Made by a program: the position numbers and the translations under genes. From Stramenopiles sp. TOSAG23-6 (taxonomy: Eukaryota): a stretch of 39,882 nt of DNA. Of this stretch, positions 31,014-39,882 are shown piece by piece. Below the pieces are notes generated by a model. The model made no database searches. It was not told the origin of the DNA and saw only the letters and a list, made by a program, of their open reading frames with translations. The DNA lies in the NCBI GenBank assembly GCA_900128565.1, contig LT635936.1:1-39882 (forward strand), given 5' to 3'. How positions within the stretch are numbered: the first letter of the stretch is position 1; each line of letters starts with the position of its first letter.

Positions 31014-32177
31014 ATGGGACTTGAAGCTAAGCCGAGACTTTGGGCATTCAATTGCTCATCATGGCAACCTACAGAAAGTGAATGGACTGCTCTACTTGCT
31101 GCAATAGACCCAGCAGAATGTACCCGAATTAGTCGCTTCCGAAACAAAATTGATGCAAAACGTTCTTTGATAGGCAGGTTGCTGATTCGGTGTTTATTAT
31201 TTCGGGACCTCAAACTAAAGTTTATGGAATGTAAACTTGGCCGAACAAGCACGAAGAAACCTTACCTTTTAGATCCAGTTCCTGCTGGAATATCACCATA
31301 CTTTAACTTTAATGTATCACATCATGGCTCATGGGTAGTTCTTGCCTCACATTCTAAACAACTCGTCGGTGTTGATGTGATGAACGTTGAGTGGCCTCGT
31401 GGTTGTAAAAGTATTACAGCCTACTTTGATTTAATGAAGAATTGTTTTGCAGAGTACGAATGGAATACAATCAAATCTGCAGCACGTCAGCTTTGTGGTG
31501 TTGCTATAACTGGTGATATTAACTCTTATCCTGACTCTTTCTCTGTTAGGCCCTCTATCGCTAAAAGTGAAAGTTGTAGTACGAATCCACCCTGCGGACC
31601 ATGTATTTATCCCATAAATAAAACTGATATGACTCTATTAGATAAAAAACGAATGAAGATGCTTCCTATTGGGTGGAATAAGTCTAATGAGGAATGGGCT
31701 CAACTAACTGAATTTTCAAGACACTGGGCAATGAAAGAGTCTTATATTAAAGCAATTGGGATTGGGCTTGGTCTTGAGGACTTGACTCGAGCAAAGTTTA
31801 TGTATCTACATAACTATAATAGAGCAAACCAAACAAAAGGAAATAATACGTTAGATGAAAATGCCAACTCCCCCAAAACAGTAATAGAAGAACACAAGAT
31901 TAGTTCGATGCAGTTGGAGTTCGATGGTAAAATAAAAAAGGATTGGAAGTTTAGATTATTTCAACTTGATCATTTACATGTAGTTTCTGTTGCACTTGGG
32001 CCAATTAATGAAGCTACACGAAGTTTCGGAGATGTTTTGTACGCTCGGAGGTCGTCTGAGCAGAGTATTATAGAGGATGAAAGTATAGACATTTTTCCAA
32101 GTATAATTCAAACTATAACCATAAATGATATCCTTGTTGATATTCATACTAGCAATTTGCGTTTTAATACTAAATAA
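31014..32177 (+). CDS. 4'-phosphopantetheinyl transferase (Sfp/AASDHPPT/Lys5-like)
   Basis: DAKRSLIGRLL, KPYL, FNFNVSHHGSWV, VGVDVM and WAMKESYIKAIGIGL. Homology begins near the ATG at 31014; the upstream ATG at 30819 overlaps the previous gene. Confidence 0.9.
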   Translation: MGLEAKPRLWAFNCSSWQPTESEWTALLAAIDPAECTRISRFRNKIDAKRSLIGRLLIRCLLFRDLKLKFMECKLGRTSTKKPYLLDPVPAGISPYFNFNVSHHGSWVVLASHSKQLVGVDVMNVEWPRGCKSITAYFDLMKNCFAEYEWNTIKSAARQLCGVAITGDINSYPDSFSVRPSIAKSESCSTNPPCGPCIYPINKTDMTLLDKKRMKMLPIGWNKSNEEWAQLTEFSRHWAMKESYIKAIGIGLGLEDLTRAKFMYLHNYNRANQTKGNNTLDENANSPKTVIEEHKISSMQLEFDGKIKKDWKFRLFQLDHLHVVSVALGPINEATRSFGDVLYARRSSEQSIIEDESIDIFPSIIQTITINDILVDIHTSNLRFNTK

Positions 32178-32408
32178 ATAAATTAATTTGAAAAAATGAT
32201 GTTAGCGATCTGTGACAATGAACAAAATCTTAGGAAGTATCATTTATACAGTTGGTAAGTCCATTTATCACTCTTCCTGGAATTCGAAGTGTATCTACTA
32301 TTATCGTATGTCGATTATAGTATTATTAGTGATGAGCATTGATTTGATAGATAAGAATATTTCCAAAAAACGCTATTTCATGAAGTTCAGAGTCATTCTC
32401 CATCAAAC

Positions 32409-35400
32409 TCATCTATATCTTTTTACAAGCCGTTCAAACAAAAGCTGTGGATTATCAATGCAATGCTCCACAACCTCATCAATAAAATTAATGTCTGACA
32501 ATTTTGAAGGACAATAAACTTCATAGTATTTTCTAACTCTTTCGGTTAAAGCTACTTTTCTCTCTTCTAAACTTAATCTTCCTGATTGATCACTTGTACC
32601 TTCTGCTACAGTTTCACTATTAGATACTGTAATCGCTGGCACACTAGTCATACTTTTCGTTGAAGAGAAAAGCGATGTCGGAACAATAGTTGTACTTGTC
32701 TCTTCCAGGGATAGCGTTGATGGCACACTGGTCGTACTTGTCTCTTCCAGGGATAGCCCTGATGGCACAATGGTCGTACTTGTCTCTTCCAGGGATAGCA
32801 TTGATGGCACACTGGTGAAACTTGTTTCTTCCTGGGATATCGTTGATGTCACACTGGTTACATTTTTCTCTTCTAAGGCGGGCATCATTGGGGTACTCAA
32901 GTTGGAATGATTTATTGAATCGTGCATTGATTGTTTTGCGTTTTTTAACTGTAGTTTCAATTCTGTGTTTTCTTCTTCTTTCTGGATTAAAAATATATTA
33001 GTTTCTTCCAATTGGTGATTTCTTTGAAGATTCAGCTCTTGCACATTTTTACCGATTTCTATTTGTCTCAACAGTTTTGCACCCATGCTTTTACGTAGCA
33101 GTGTTGTTTCTTCTTCCATTTTTCTCATCTCATTATTTCTACTTTCGAGCTCTCTTTTAAGCATAATATTAGTCTGATTTTGAAATTTATGATTAAACTT
33201 CTCTTTCGCAGTTTCATTCTGCATTATATTTTCAATTTTTGTTTTCATTTGTGTTTCCATTTCATCAATAGTTTCATGTATTCCTCTAGCATGCATTGCT
33301 TCCATATGCTCCTTTGTAGCGTCAATCTCTAAACCCATACTATTTCGCATCATTTCTTCCTCCAGATGTTTCTCTTTTTCTATTTCTACTTCAACTGCTT
33401 TGCGTACTGCTTCAATAGATTTCTGGTACTCTTGTTCCTGAATAAAATTGGCTTCTTTTTGTAACGCAAGATTAGCACTGTGTTCTTGCATTAAGAGTTC
33501 TATTACGTCATTATGCTTTTTCTGATTCAACGTGGTAGCGATATTACGATCATGTATTTCTTTTGCATGGATTGCTTCCATATACTCCTTCGTATCATTA
33601 ATTTCTGAAGCCAAACTATTACGTATCATTTCTTCTTCCAGATACTTCTCTTTTTCTATTTCTGCTACAGCTTCTTTGTAAGCTGCTTCAATAGATTTTT
33701 GGTACTCTTGTTCCTGCATGACATTGGCTTCTTTTTGTAAGGCAAGATTGTCACGATTCTTGTGCATTAAGTTTTCAACTTTCATATTCATTTGTACTTC
33801 CATTTCGGCAATAGTGTCATTAATGCCTAACATATGCATCGCTTCCATATGCTCCTTTGTAGCGTTAATTTCTGATACCATACTATTGCGCATTATTTCT
33901 TCTTCCAGGCGATTTTCATTTTCCATTTCTAATACAGCTGATGCTACCATATTCTTTGAAGCTTCTAAAGCAGTTTTTAATCTTTCATTGTGTTGAAAAG
34001 TTTCAAATTCAGTCTGTTTTACTTTATATAAATTTTCTTCCATCTTACACTTTATTAATTTATGCATTTCGCCCATTTCACTAATTTTAGAATCTTTCTC
34101 AATCAAATTATTTTCGTTGTTTCGTAATTTTTGGTGCAGTCCTTGAACAATTTCATGTTCCTGTTTCTGGAGTATGGCATGTTTATTTTCTGTATGAATA
34201 TTAGCTGCTTTCAACTTGTTTACTGCTTCTTTTATGGAGGTTTTCAAATTCTTTGCTGAAAATTTCTTCATTTGGGCATTTTCATTCTGCAATGTCAATA
34301 ATTTTGATTTTAAAAATACTACATCGTTTTTAGGATCACTTTTGCCCTCCTTTATTTCTATCTCTTTTGATTGTAAACTATTATTTGATGCAGACTTGAG
34401 CCTTTCCTGAAGGATAATCATAACACCTTGAATTTTCTCCTTTGTGAGCTTAAGATCTTCCATGATATCGGACATTTTTGATTCTGTGTCTACGTCAGTT
34501 ACATTAACGACTTCTTTTAACGCAGCACTAATTGCTGACGACATTGAACTTTCATTGGCCAACCAAATGTCGTTGTGTTTTTTCTTTTTTGCTACTTCGG
34601 CTAAATACTCACTTTTAAGATTTTCATTGTGCAGAAGTGTTGTCCGCATATTCTGTTGAAGTGCATCACATTCTCCCTTACTTTGCGTTTGCAATACATT
34701 GTGTTCCTCCTGCAAGAGATCTATATGCATTTTGTATTTATTTGTACTTAATGTTGCTGTGGACATTTCTTGTTGTGCAACAGCAAGATCATCTTGAAGG
34801 GATTGCAATGTTTCTTTCAGTCGAATGCATTCTTTCGAAGCCTCTTTTGCATCAGCATCTGAATACATTGCTAGAGTATGGTGTTCCAACATGTCTTCAT
34901 ATTTATCTAGTTGGTCAAGGAATGCGTCTTTATCTTGGGTTAAATCATCAATCTGTTTTTTAGACTCCTCATACTCGAGCATTACACTTGATAAATGATT
35001 TTGGGATATTGAAAGATCATCTTCAAGGCGAGCTTGCAAATCTCCCACTTGCTGTAAACTATTTTTATGCATATGAATCTCACTCTTAGCTTCATCACGA
35101 TGTTTCCTTGCTATATCTAATTCATTTAAGGAGTAATTTAATTTCTCCTTTACATTATCTAATTCCACAATAGACTCAGCTTTATAGTCTTGAAGTAGCT
35201 TTAGTTCCTCTTGAAAATGCCTACACTCTTCCGATTTATATTCAGCATACGCCTTTATTTCATTTGACTCTTGTGCCCATTCATTGCATCTACGTTCTGC
35301 TAATAAACATCGATTTCTGACAGAGTTTTCATCGGACCAATCTTCTATTTGTTTTTTTGCTCTTTCTCGTTCTTTACCATTTATTGCATTACTAGAATTT

Positions 35401-36791
35401 GCAATACTTTTTTTTTCTGTTGGTTTTACCGGGATTCCAAAAACCTCAGTTTTTATTGCATCTTTGGCGCATTGGATTGGTGTTTGATTAGCATTATTTA
35501 TACAATTTTTATTCGCACCAGCTGCCAAAAGTAGTTTGGCAGCTTCTACATTTCCACTTTCACAAGCTATATGTAACGGCGTGTTACCATGAATGTGTTC
35601 AATAAGATCAACACTACAATCTCGAAGAAGAAGAATTCGCAATACTTCGATGTCTTTTGGCTTTGAAGCAACAATGTGTGCAGCTGTTCGACCTTTATAA
35701 TCTCTCATATCAGAAATATTTGTTTTATATCTGTCGATTTTATCAAGATTGTCAATGATTGAAAAAATTGTTTCGACCACTGAATAGTTTCCACATCCAC
35801 TGGCAATATGCAATGGTGTGAAATAACCCCTGTCAAGATTAGTATGTTGAAAAAGTCGCGTTAACTTCAACTTGTTAGAGGCAACACATCCATTACGGGC
35901 ATCGGCTTTAACTAATTTATGTAATATACTAGAATTTCCTAATTCTGCTGCATAATGCACCGCAGACCATCCTGCTTCATCAGTTGATTCCACAGATGCA
36001 CCACATTGTAAAAGGGCTTCGATTTCACCCCCATCTCCAGCAGCTACTGCGTCCAATAGCAAATGATCATAAGTAAGATGAGAAGCAGAACAGTCTTGGG
36101 TATTTGTACTATTTTTTGTACCTAAAATTTGGTTTGTATTTGGCAAGTACTTTTCTTCTTTTTGCTCATTTTTTAAAACTTCTGGATTATTTTCATCTAA
36201 TGAAGTGACTTTATCTTCTAATACCAGTACACATGGGTTAGATAAACCTGATGTGCGCGCAATTTCGTACGGAGTTTGCCCATTGAAGTTGACAAGTAAA
36301 GATATACCACATTGAACTAAGGCTTGTGCACATAATTTATTGCCAAAACGACAGCATATATGCAATGCAGTGTCACCATTTGTAATACGCTGATAACTAG
36401 CACTTGCACCAGCTGATATCAGGGTTTTGACTATCATAGGATATCCGGTTTCGCAAGCCCACATAAGGGGTGTTTCTCCACTGACAGTTTTGCAGTCCAG
36501 CTCTGCGCCAGTCATAATTAATGTTGCCACAGTTTCTAGATTACCGGAGCGAGCAGCATGATGTAGTGCACTAGATCCGTCATTTGCAGTGGCATTAATA
36601 TCAGCTCCGCTTATAAGCATTTTATATAGCTTCGCTGATGAACCACTGCAGGCAGCAATGTGGAGCGCACTTCGACCTAACTCGTCGGTTTCACTAAATT
36701 CAGCACCTTCACGTAGTACTAGTAGTTGTTCTATAATTTTCGGCTTTGGAAGTTTTGTAGGTCGTACAAGGTCTTTTTGTTGTGCCGACAT
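32409..36791 (-). CDS. Ankyrin-repeat plus long coiled-coil protein
   Basis: Multiple G.(S/T)ALH / TPLH ankyrin repeats in the N-terminal third; E/K/Q-rich coiled coil; Ser/Thr repeats near the C-terminus. Confidence 0.85.
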   Translation of the reverse strand: MSAQQKDLVRPTKLPKPKIIEQLLVLREGAEFSETDELGRSALHIAACSGSSAKLYKMLISGADINATANDGSSALHHAARSGNLETVATLIMTGAELDCKTVSGETPLMWACETGYPMIVKTLISAGASASYQRITNGDTALHICCRFGNKLCAQALVQCGISLLVNFNGQTPYEIARTSGLSNPCVLVLEDKVTSLDENNPEVLKNEQKEEKYLPNTNQILGTKNSTNTQDCSASHLTYDHLLLDAVAAGDGGEIEALLQCGASVESTDEAGWSAVHYAAELGNSSILHKLVKADARNGCVASNKLKLTRLFQHTNLDRGYFTPLHIASGCGNYSVVETIFSIIDNLDKIDRYKTNISDMRDYKGRTAAHIVASKPKDIEVLRILLLRDCSVDLIEHIHGNTPLHIACESGNVEAAKLLLAAGANKNCINNANQTPIQCAKDAIKTEVFGIPVKPTEKKSIANSSNAINGKERERAKKQIEDWSDENSVRNRCLLAERRCNEWAQESNEIKAYAEYKSEECRHFQEELKLLQDYKAESIVELDNVKEKLNYSLNELDIARKHRDEAKSEIHMHKNSLQQVGDLQARLEDDLSISQNHLSSVMLEYEESKKQIDDLTQDKDAFLDQLDKYEDMLEHHTLAMYSDADAKEASKECIRLKETLQSLQDDLAVAQQEMSTATLSTNKYKMHIDLLQEEHNVLQTQSKGECDALQQNMRTTLLHNENLKSEYLAEVAKKKKHNDIWLANESSMSSAISAALKEVVNVTDVDTESKMSDIMEDLKLTKEKIQGVMIILQERLKSASNNSLQSKEIEIKEGKSDPKNDVVFLKSKLLTLQNENAQMKKFSAKNLKTSIKEAVNKLKAANIHTENKHAILQKQEHEIVQGLHQKLRNNENNLIEKDSKISEMGEMHKLIKCKMEENLYKVKQTEFETFQHNERLKTALEASKNMVASAVLEMENENRLEEEIMRNSMVSEINATKEHMEAMHMLGINDTIAEMEVQMNMKVENLMHKNRDNLALQKEANVMQEQEYQKSIEAAYKEAVAEIEKEKYLEEEMIRNSLASEINDTKEYMEAIHAKEIHDRNIATTLNQKKHNDVIELLMQEHSANLALQKEANFIQEQEYQKSIEAVRKAVEVEIEKEKHLEEEMMRNSMGLEIDATKEHMEAMHARGIHETIDEMETQMKTKIENIMQNETAKEKFNHKFQNQTNIMLKRELESRNNEMRKMEEETTLLRKSMGAKLLRQIEIGKNVQELNLQRNHQLEETNIFLIQKEEENTELKLQLKNAKQSMHDSINHSNLSTPMMPALEEKNVTSVTSTISQEETSFTSVPSMLSLEETSTTIVPSGLSLEETSTTSVPSTLSLEETSTTIVPTSLFSSTKSMTSVPAITVSNSETVAEGTSDQSGRLSLEERKVALTERVRKYYEVYCPSKLSDINFIDEVVEHCIDNPQLLFERLVKRYR
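32671..32860 (-). repeat. 39-nt coding minisatellite, about 4-5 copies (SLEETSTTxVPSx)
   Basis: GTACTTGTCTCTTCCAGGGATAGC recurs every 39 nt. Confidence 0.9.
33230..33930 (-). repeat. Internal coding duplications in the coiled coil
   Basis: LEEExxRNSxxxEIxxTKExMEAxH occurs three times; NLALQKEANxxQEQEYQKSIEA occurs twice. Confidence 0.8.
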
Positions 36792-37146
36792 CACACTAAT
36801 TTCATATAACTATTTGATTACAATAAAAACAATACATTATTTAGTTCTGGTGAGACATGGCAAAAGATATGTGCAACTAAATACAAGGAGGTAAGGAAAG
36901 GGAGAGTTGGATTTCGTACGTTGAATTTTTTTATTTGCAAACCAAAGCAACAAACAAACGGACGGATGGCCAATCAATTATTGCGTCATCATCGATCTCA
37001 TCATCGTAAGCCTACTCCAAGTGTATACTGTGCGTAAAATTTCTTTTATATATTATCACCACTTGCGAGGGATTTATTTTAGTTTTTATTACACTGTACA
37101 ACATCATAACTGAGTGGATATATTTAAGACTCACTGCTAGTATACA

Positions 37147-38340
37147 ATGACCCTAGTCAATTCCGATATGGAAATAAAAACGTTCGCAGCTGCACCGAAT
37201 ATTGCAATTGTGAAATATTGGGGCAAACGAGACGCAGGTAAACTAAATCTCCCACTGAATTCGTCAATTTCACTAACAATGGATTCAAAAGACTTACATG
37301 CTCTAACATCAATTGCAGTTAGTTCCAGTTTTGAAAAAGATCGCATGTGGCTCAATTCCAAAGAGGTTAGCGTTGAAGAGGGTCGTGTGGCAACAGTAAT
37401 AGCGGAACTTAGGTGTCGAGCAAAGCGCAACGCTAACGTACGTCTTCACATTGTCTCCCGTAACAATTTCCCGACTGCTGCTGGTTTAGCTTCATCCGCA
37501 GCAGGGTATGCCGCTCTCGTTACAACTTTATCAGCCGTCTTTGGTGTAAAAGAAAGTTATCCAGGTGAGTTGACTGTCATTGCTCGAATGGGGTCTGGAA
37601 GTGCATGTAGAAGCTTATATGGAGGACTTGTGCGCTGGGACTGTGGTTCAAATGCAGATGGCAGTGACAGCATAGCAACATGTGTGGATGACTGCACGAG
37701 TGGTTCAAGAATGAAAATAGATATTTCTTGTATGGTAATGGACGCAGGGCAAAAAAAAGTTAGTAGTACAGAGGGTATGCGTCGCAGCATTGAAACAAGT
37801 TCTATGCTAGCGCTTAGATCAGGTCAAACGGGTATTGCTGCAAAAAGAATATCCGAGCTAGAGTCGGCATTTTCTGATAACAACTTTTCCTTATTTGCTG
37901 ATATTGCAATGCGGGATAGTAATAACTTCCATTCCATATGTATGGATTCGTTTCCTCCGATCTACTATATGAATGACAACTCGAGGAAAGTCCAGAATGT
38001 CGTTCACAGTATTAACAAAATCGCCGGGAGTAATATAGTCGCATACACTTTCGATGCAGGTCCTAATGCTGTTATTTTTACGGAAAAGTGTAATACAAAA
38101 CGTGTAATGAATGCGATGATGTATTTTTTCCCTCTCCCAGATGATAAAAAATGCAAAACAAAATTTGATGAAAATTTTGAAAATAATTTTGATATGGTCA
38201 CTTTAGAAAACCTTGTCGGATTTGGACCCCAATGTAATTCATTACGTGAAGTCATTTATACACGTGTTGGTGGACCTCCAAAAGCATCGGATGAATGTCT
38301 CATTGATATTTCATCGGGGTTACCAAAAAGTATCATCTGA
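37147..38340 (+). CDS. MVD: Diphosphomevalonate decarboxylase
   Basis: NIAIVKYWGKRD, LPLNSSIS, NNFPTAAGLASSAAG, ARMGSGSACRSLYGG, DSNNFH and YTFDAGPNAV. Confidence 0.97.
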   Translation: MTLVNSDMEIKTFAAAPNIAIVKYWGKRDAGKLNLPLNSSISLTMDSKDLHALTSIAVSSSFEKDRMWLNSKEVSVEEGRVATVIAELRCRAKRNANVRLHIVSRNNFPTAAGLASSAAGYAALVTTLSAVFGVKESYPGELTVIARMGSGSACRSLYGGLVRWDCGSNADGSDSIATCVDDCTSGSRMKIDISCMVMDAGQKKVSSTEGMRRSIETSSMLALRSGQTGIAAKRISELESAFSDNNFSLFADIAMRDSNNFHSICMDSFPPIYYMNDNSRKVQNVVHSINKIAGSNIVAYTFDAGPNAVIFTEKCNTKRVMNAMMYFFPLPDDKKCKTKFDENFENNFDMVTLENLVGFGPQCNSLREVIYTRVGGPPKASDECLIDISSGLPKSII

Positions 38341-38454
38341 TTGAAATTTATAGTAAAGAGGTACAAGAATATGTTACAAAATAATACTGAGTATTTTTTG
38401 TATATTTTTTGTATATTTTTTGTATTTGTAAATAAAATAAAAACAAAGTTATCC

Positions 38455-39598
38455 TCAAATATTTCTTTCATCCACGAGTTCTGATAGATGTTGTGCAGTA
38501 CTATTATCATTTGTATCCATATTTATTTCTGTTTGTTTAGTATTTGCGGTAGAGGATACAAACAATCCAATGATAATTACACCTCCATACAATACTGATG
38601 TTAAAGCCACCGAATCTTTTTGCACTGCTAACAAGATAGCGATCAATATCGTCATAGGAGGTTGTACAGTAGTATACAGATTCACTATCGTGGCATCAAC
38701 GTATTGATTAGCCCAACTCAAAAGACCATAATTTAAGCTTGTTGCCACGACAACAGTGTATACCATTACAGGAATTTCGTTATGTGTAATTCCACAATAC
38801 TCTGGTGCAATGATATAAAAGTAAGTAGCGGGAATACTAGTAAAAAATAATCCGACAAACACATTCATAAATGTCAAGAATATTGGAGAATATCTTTTCA
38901 GCAAAGGTTTTTGAAGCAGACCTAAACTAGCCGCGCCCATTGCATTTACTAATAAAAATAAGTTTCCAGGAATTTGAAGACTTTTATCATCATGCAAAGA
39001 TGTGTCATTCTTATTTCCCTTATGCCCTGCAGACCATAGTATCCCAGCAACACCAACAACTGAAAAAACAACTCCTCCTACGCGTAAATAAGAAAATCTT
39101 TCAAATCCACTCAATATTGCAAAGAATGCTGTAAAAATTCGTGCAAAAAGCATGTCTAATCAAAGTNNNNNNNNNNNNNNNNNNNNNNNNNNNNNNNNNN
39201 NNNNNNNNNNNNNNNNNNNNNNNNNNNNNNNNNNNNNNNNNNNNNNNNNNNNNNNNNNNNNNNNNNNNNNNNNNNNNNNNNNNNNNNNNNNNNNNNNNNN
39301 NNNNNNNNNNNNNNNNNNNNNNNNNNNNNNNNNNNNNNNNNNNNNNNNNNNNNNNNNNNNNNNNNNNAAATAAAAGCCTATACCAAGCAAAAAAACTTGC
39401 TCTTGCTATAGAGTTGAGAATTTGAGTATTATCTGTCTTGATGACAACTGAAATCAAAACGTTCATGAGTGAAAAACTACAACCGGTAAATACAAGTGCA
39501 AAATGAGACAATACTCTTTTGCATGACGGAACTGCTTTTATATGAGATAAACTATATTCCGATTGATGTATGAGACTTTCTGTTGAAGAAGCTTCCAT
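38455..39598 (-). CDS. EamA/DMT-family transporter, interrupted by an assembly gap
   Basis: Hydrophobic helices on both sides of the N-run; GNLFLLVN...LQKPLLKRY and WAN....T.V..Y..VQP are typical of EamA/WAT1-like proteins. Confidence 0.7.
39167..39367. other. Assembly gap (N-run)
   Basis: Run of N bases. Confidence 1.
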
Positions 39599-39882
39599 TT
39601 TTAAATAATGTATTTTGGGTAAAAGTAAAAGGAATGAAACTTTAAACTTGCTCCTTATGAATGCATTATGTATGGAATCCGCAAAGAGCAAACATCAACA
39701 TCAAAAACCCAGACGCTTTCTGACCGTTAAATTTTAAACGGTTACTTACTTAGTTACAAAAATATTACGTTATACACAGTGAGTGCCTTAATTGCTTAAA
39801 TAAATGCACCATTGAAAAATTACAGAGTAGTTTTATGAATTTTGCTTGCGTATACGTGAGTTCACTATTTTCTCAATGGTAA

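Noticed and set aside
29761-32177. Reductase plus PPTase as a secondary-metabolite cluster
   Set aside because: No PKS, NRPS or ACP gene is in the window, and both families are common housekeeping genes.
36911-36940. TTTCGTACG partial match to the intron core
   Set aside because: Only about 9 nt match; no hairpin arm or CTAAC.
5624-38255. Numerous short antisense or alternative-frame ORFs inside long genes
   Set aside because: Shadow ORFs of well-supported CDSs with no independent motifs.
39126-39166. Possible intron end (…AGACAT|GC or …TTTACAG) beside the gap in the EamA gene
   Set aside because: The N-run hides the donor and core, so it cannot be evaluated.

Overview
AT-rich, gene-dense eukaryotic DNA using the standard genetic code; the gene content suggests a heterotrophic protist, possibly a stramenopile (inference). 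About 17 protein-coding genes are present, including an aldehyde-dehydrogenase-like protein, a dynein light chain, a multi-pass membrane TKL kinase, a PKG-like kinase, myotubularin, a VPS9 multidomain protein, COPB1, a TH1-AGC kinase, a PPTase, MVD and an EamA transporter. Most long genes are intronless. Four genes are interrupted by a family of related short introns (mostly 92-101 nt) with a shared hairpin plus branch-point core. Five of the six complete introns, and probably a partial one at the window start, are best explained by a non-canonical AT 3' end (GT-AT; register ambiguous). That end lies 32-36 nt after the branch motif, and the last intron base always equals the last base of the upstream exon. 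The same intron core also lies inside an 822-bp hAT-type MITE with 17-bp TIRs and an 8-bp TSD. All splice sites are inferred from DNA only.
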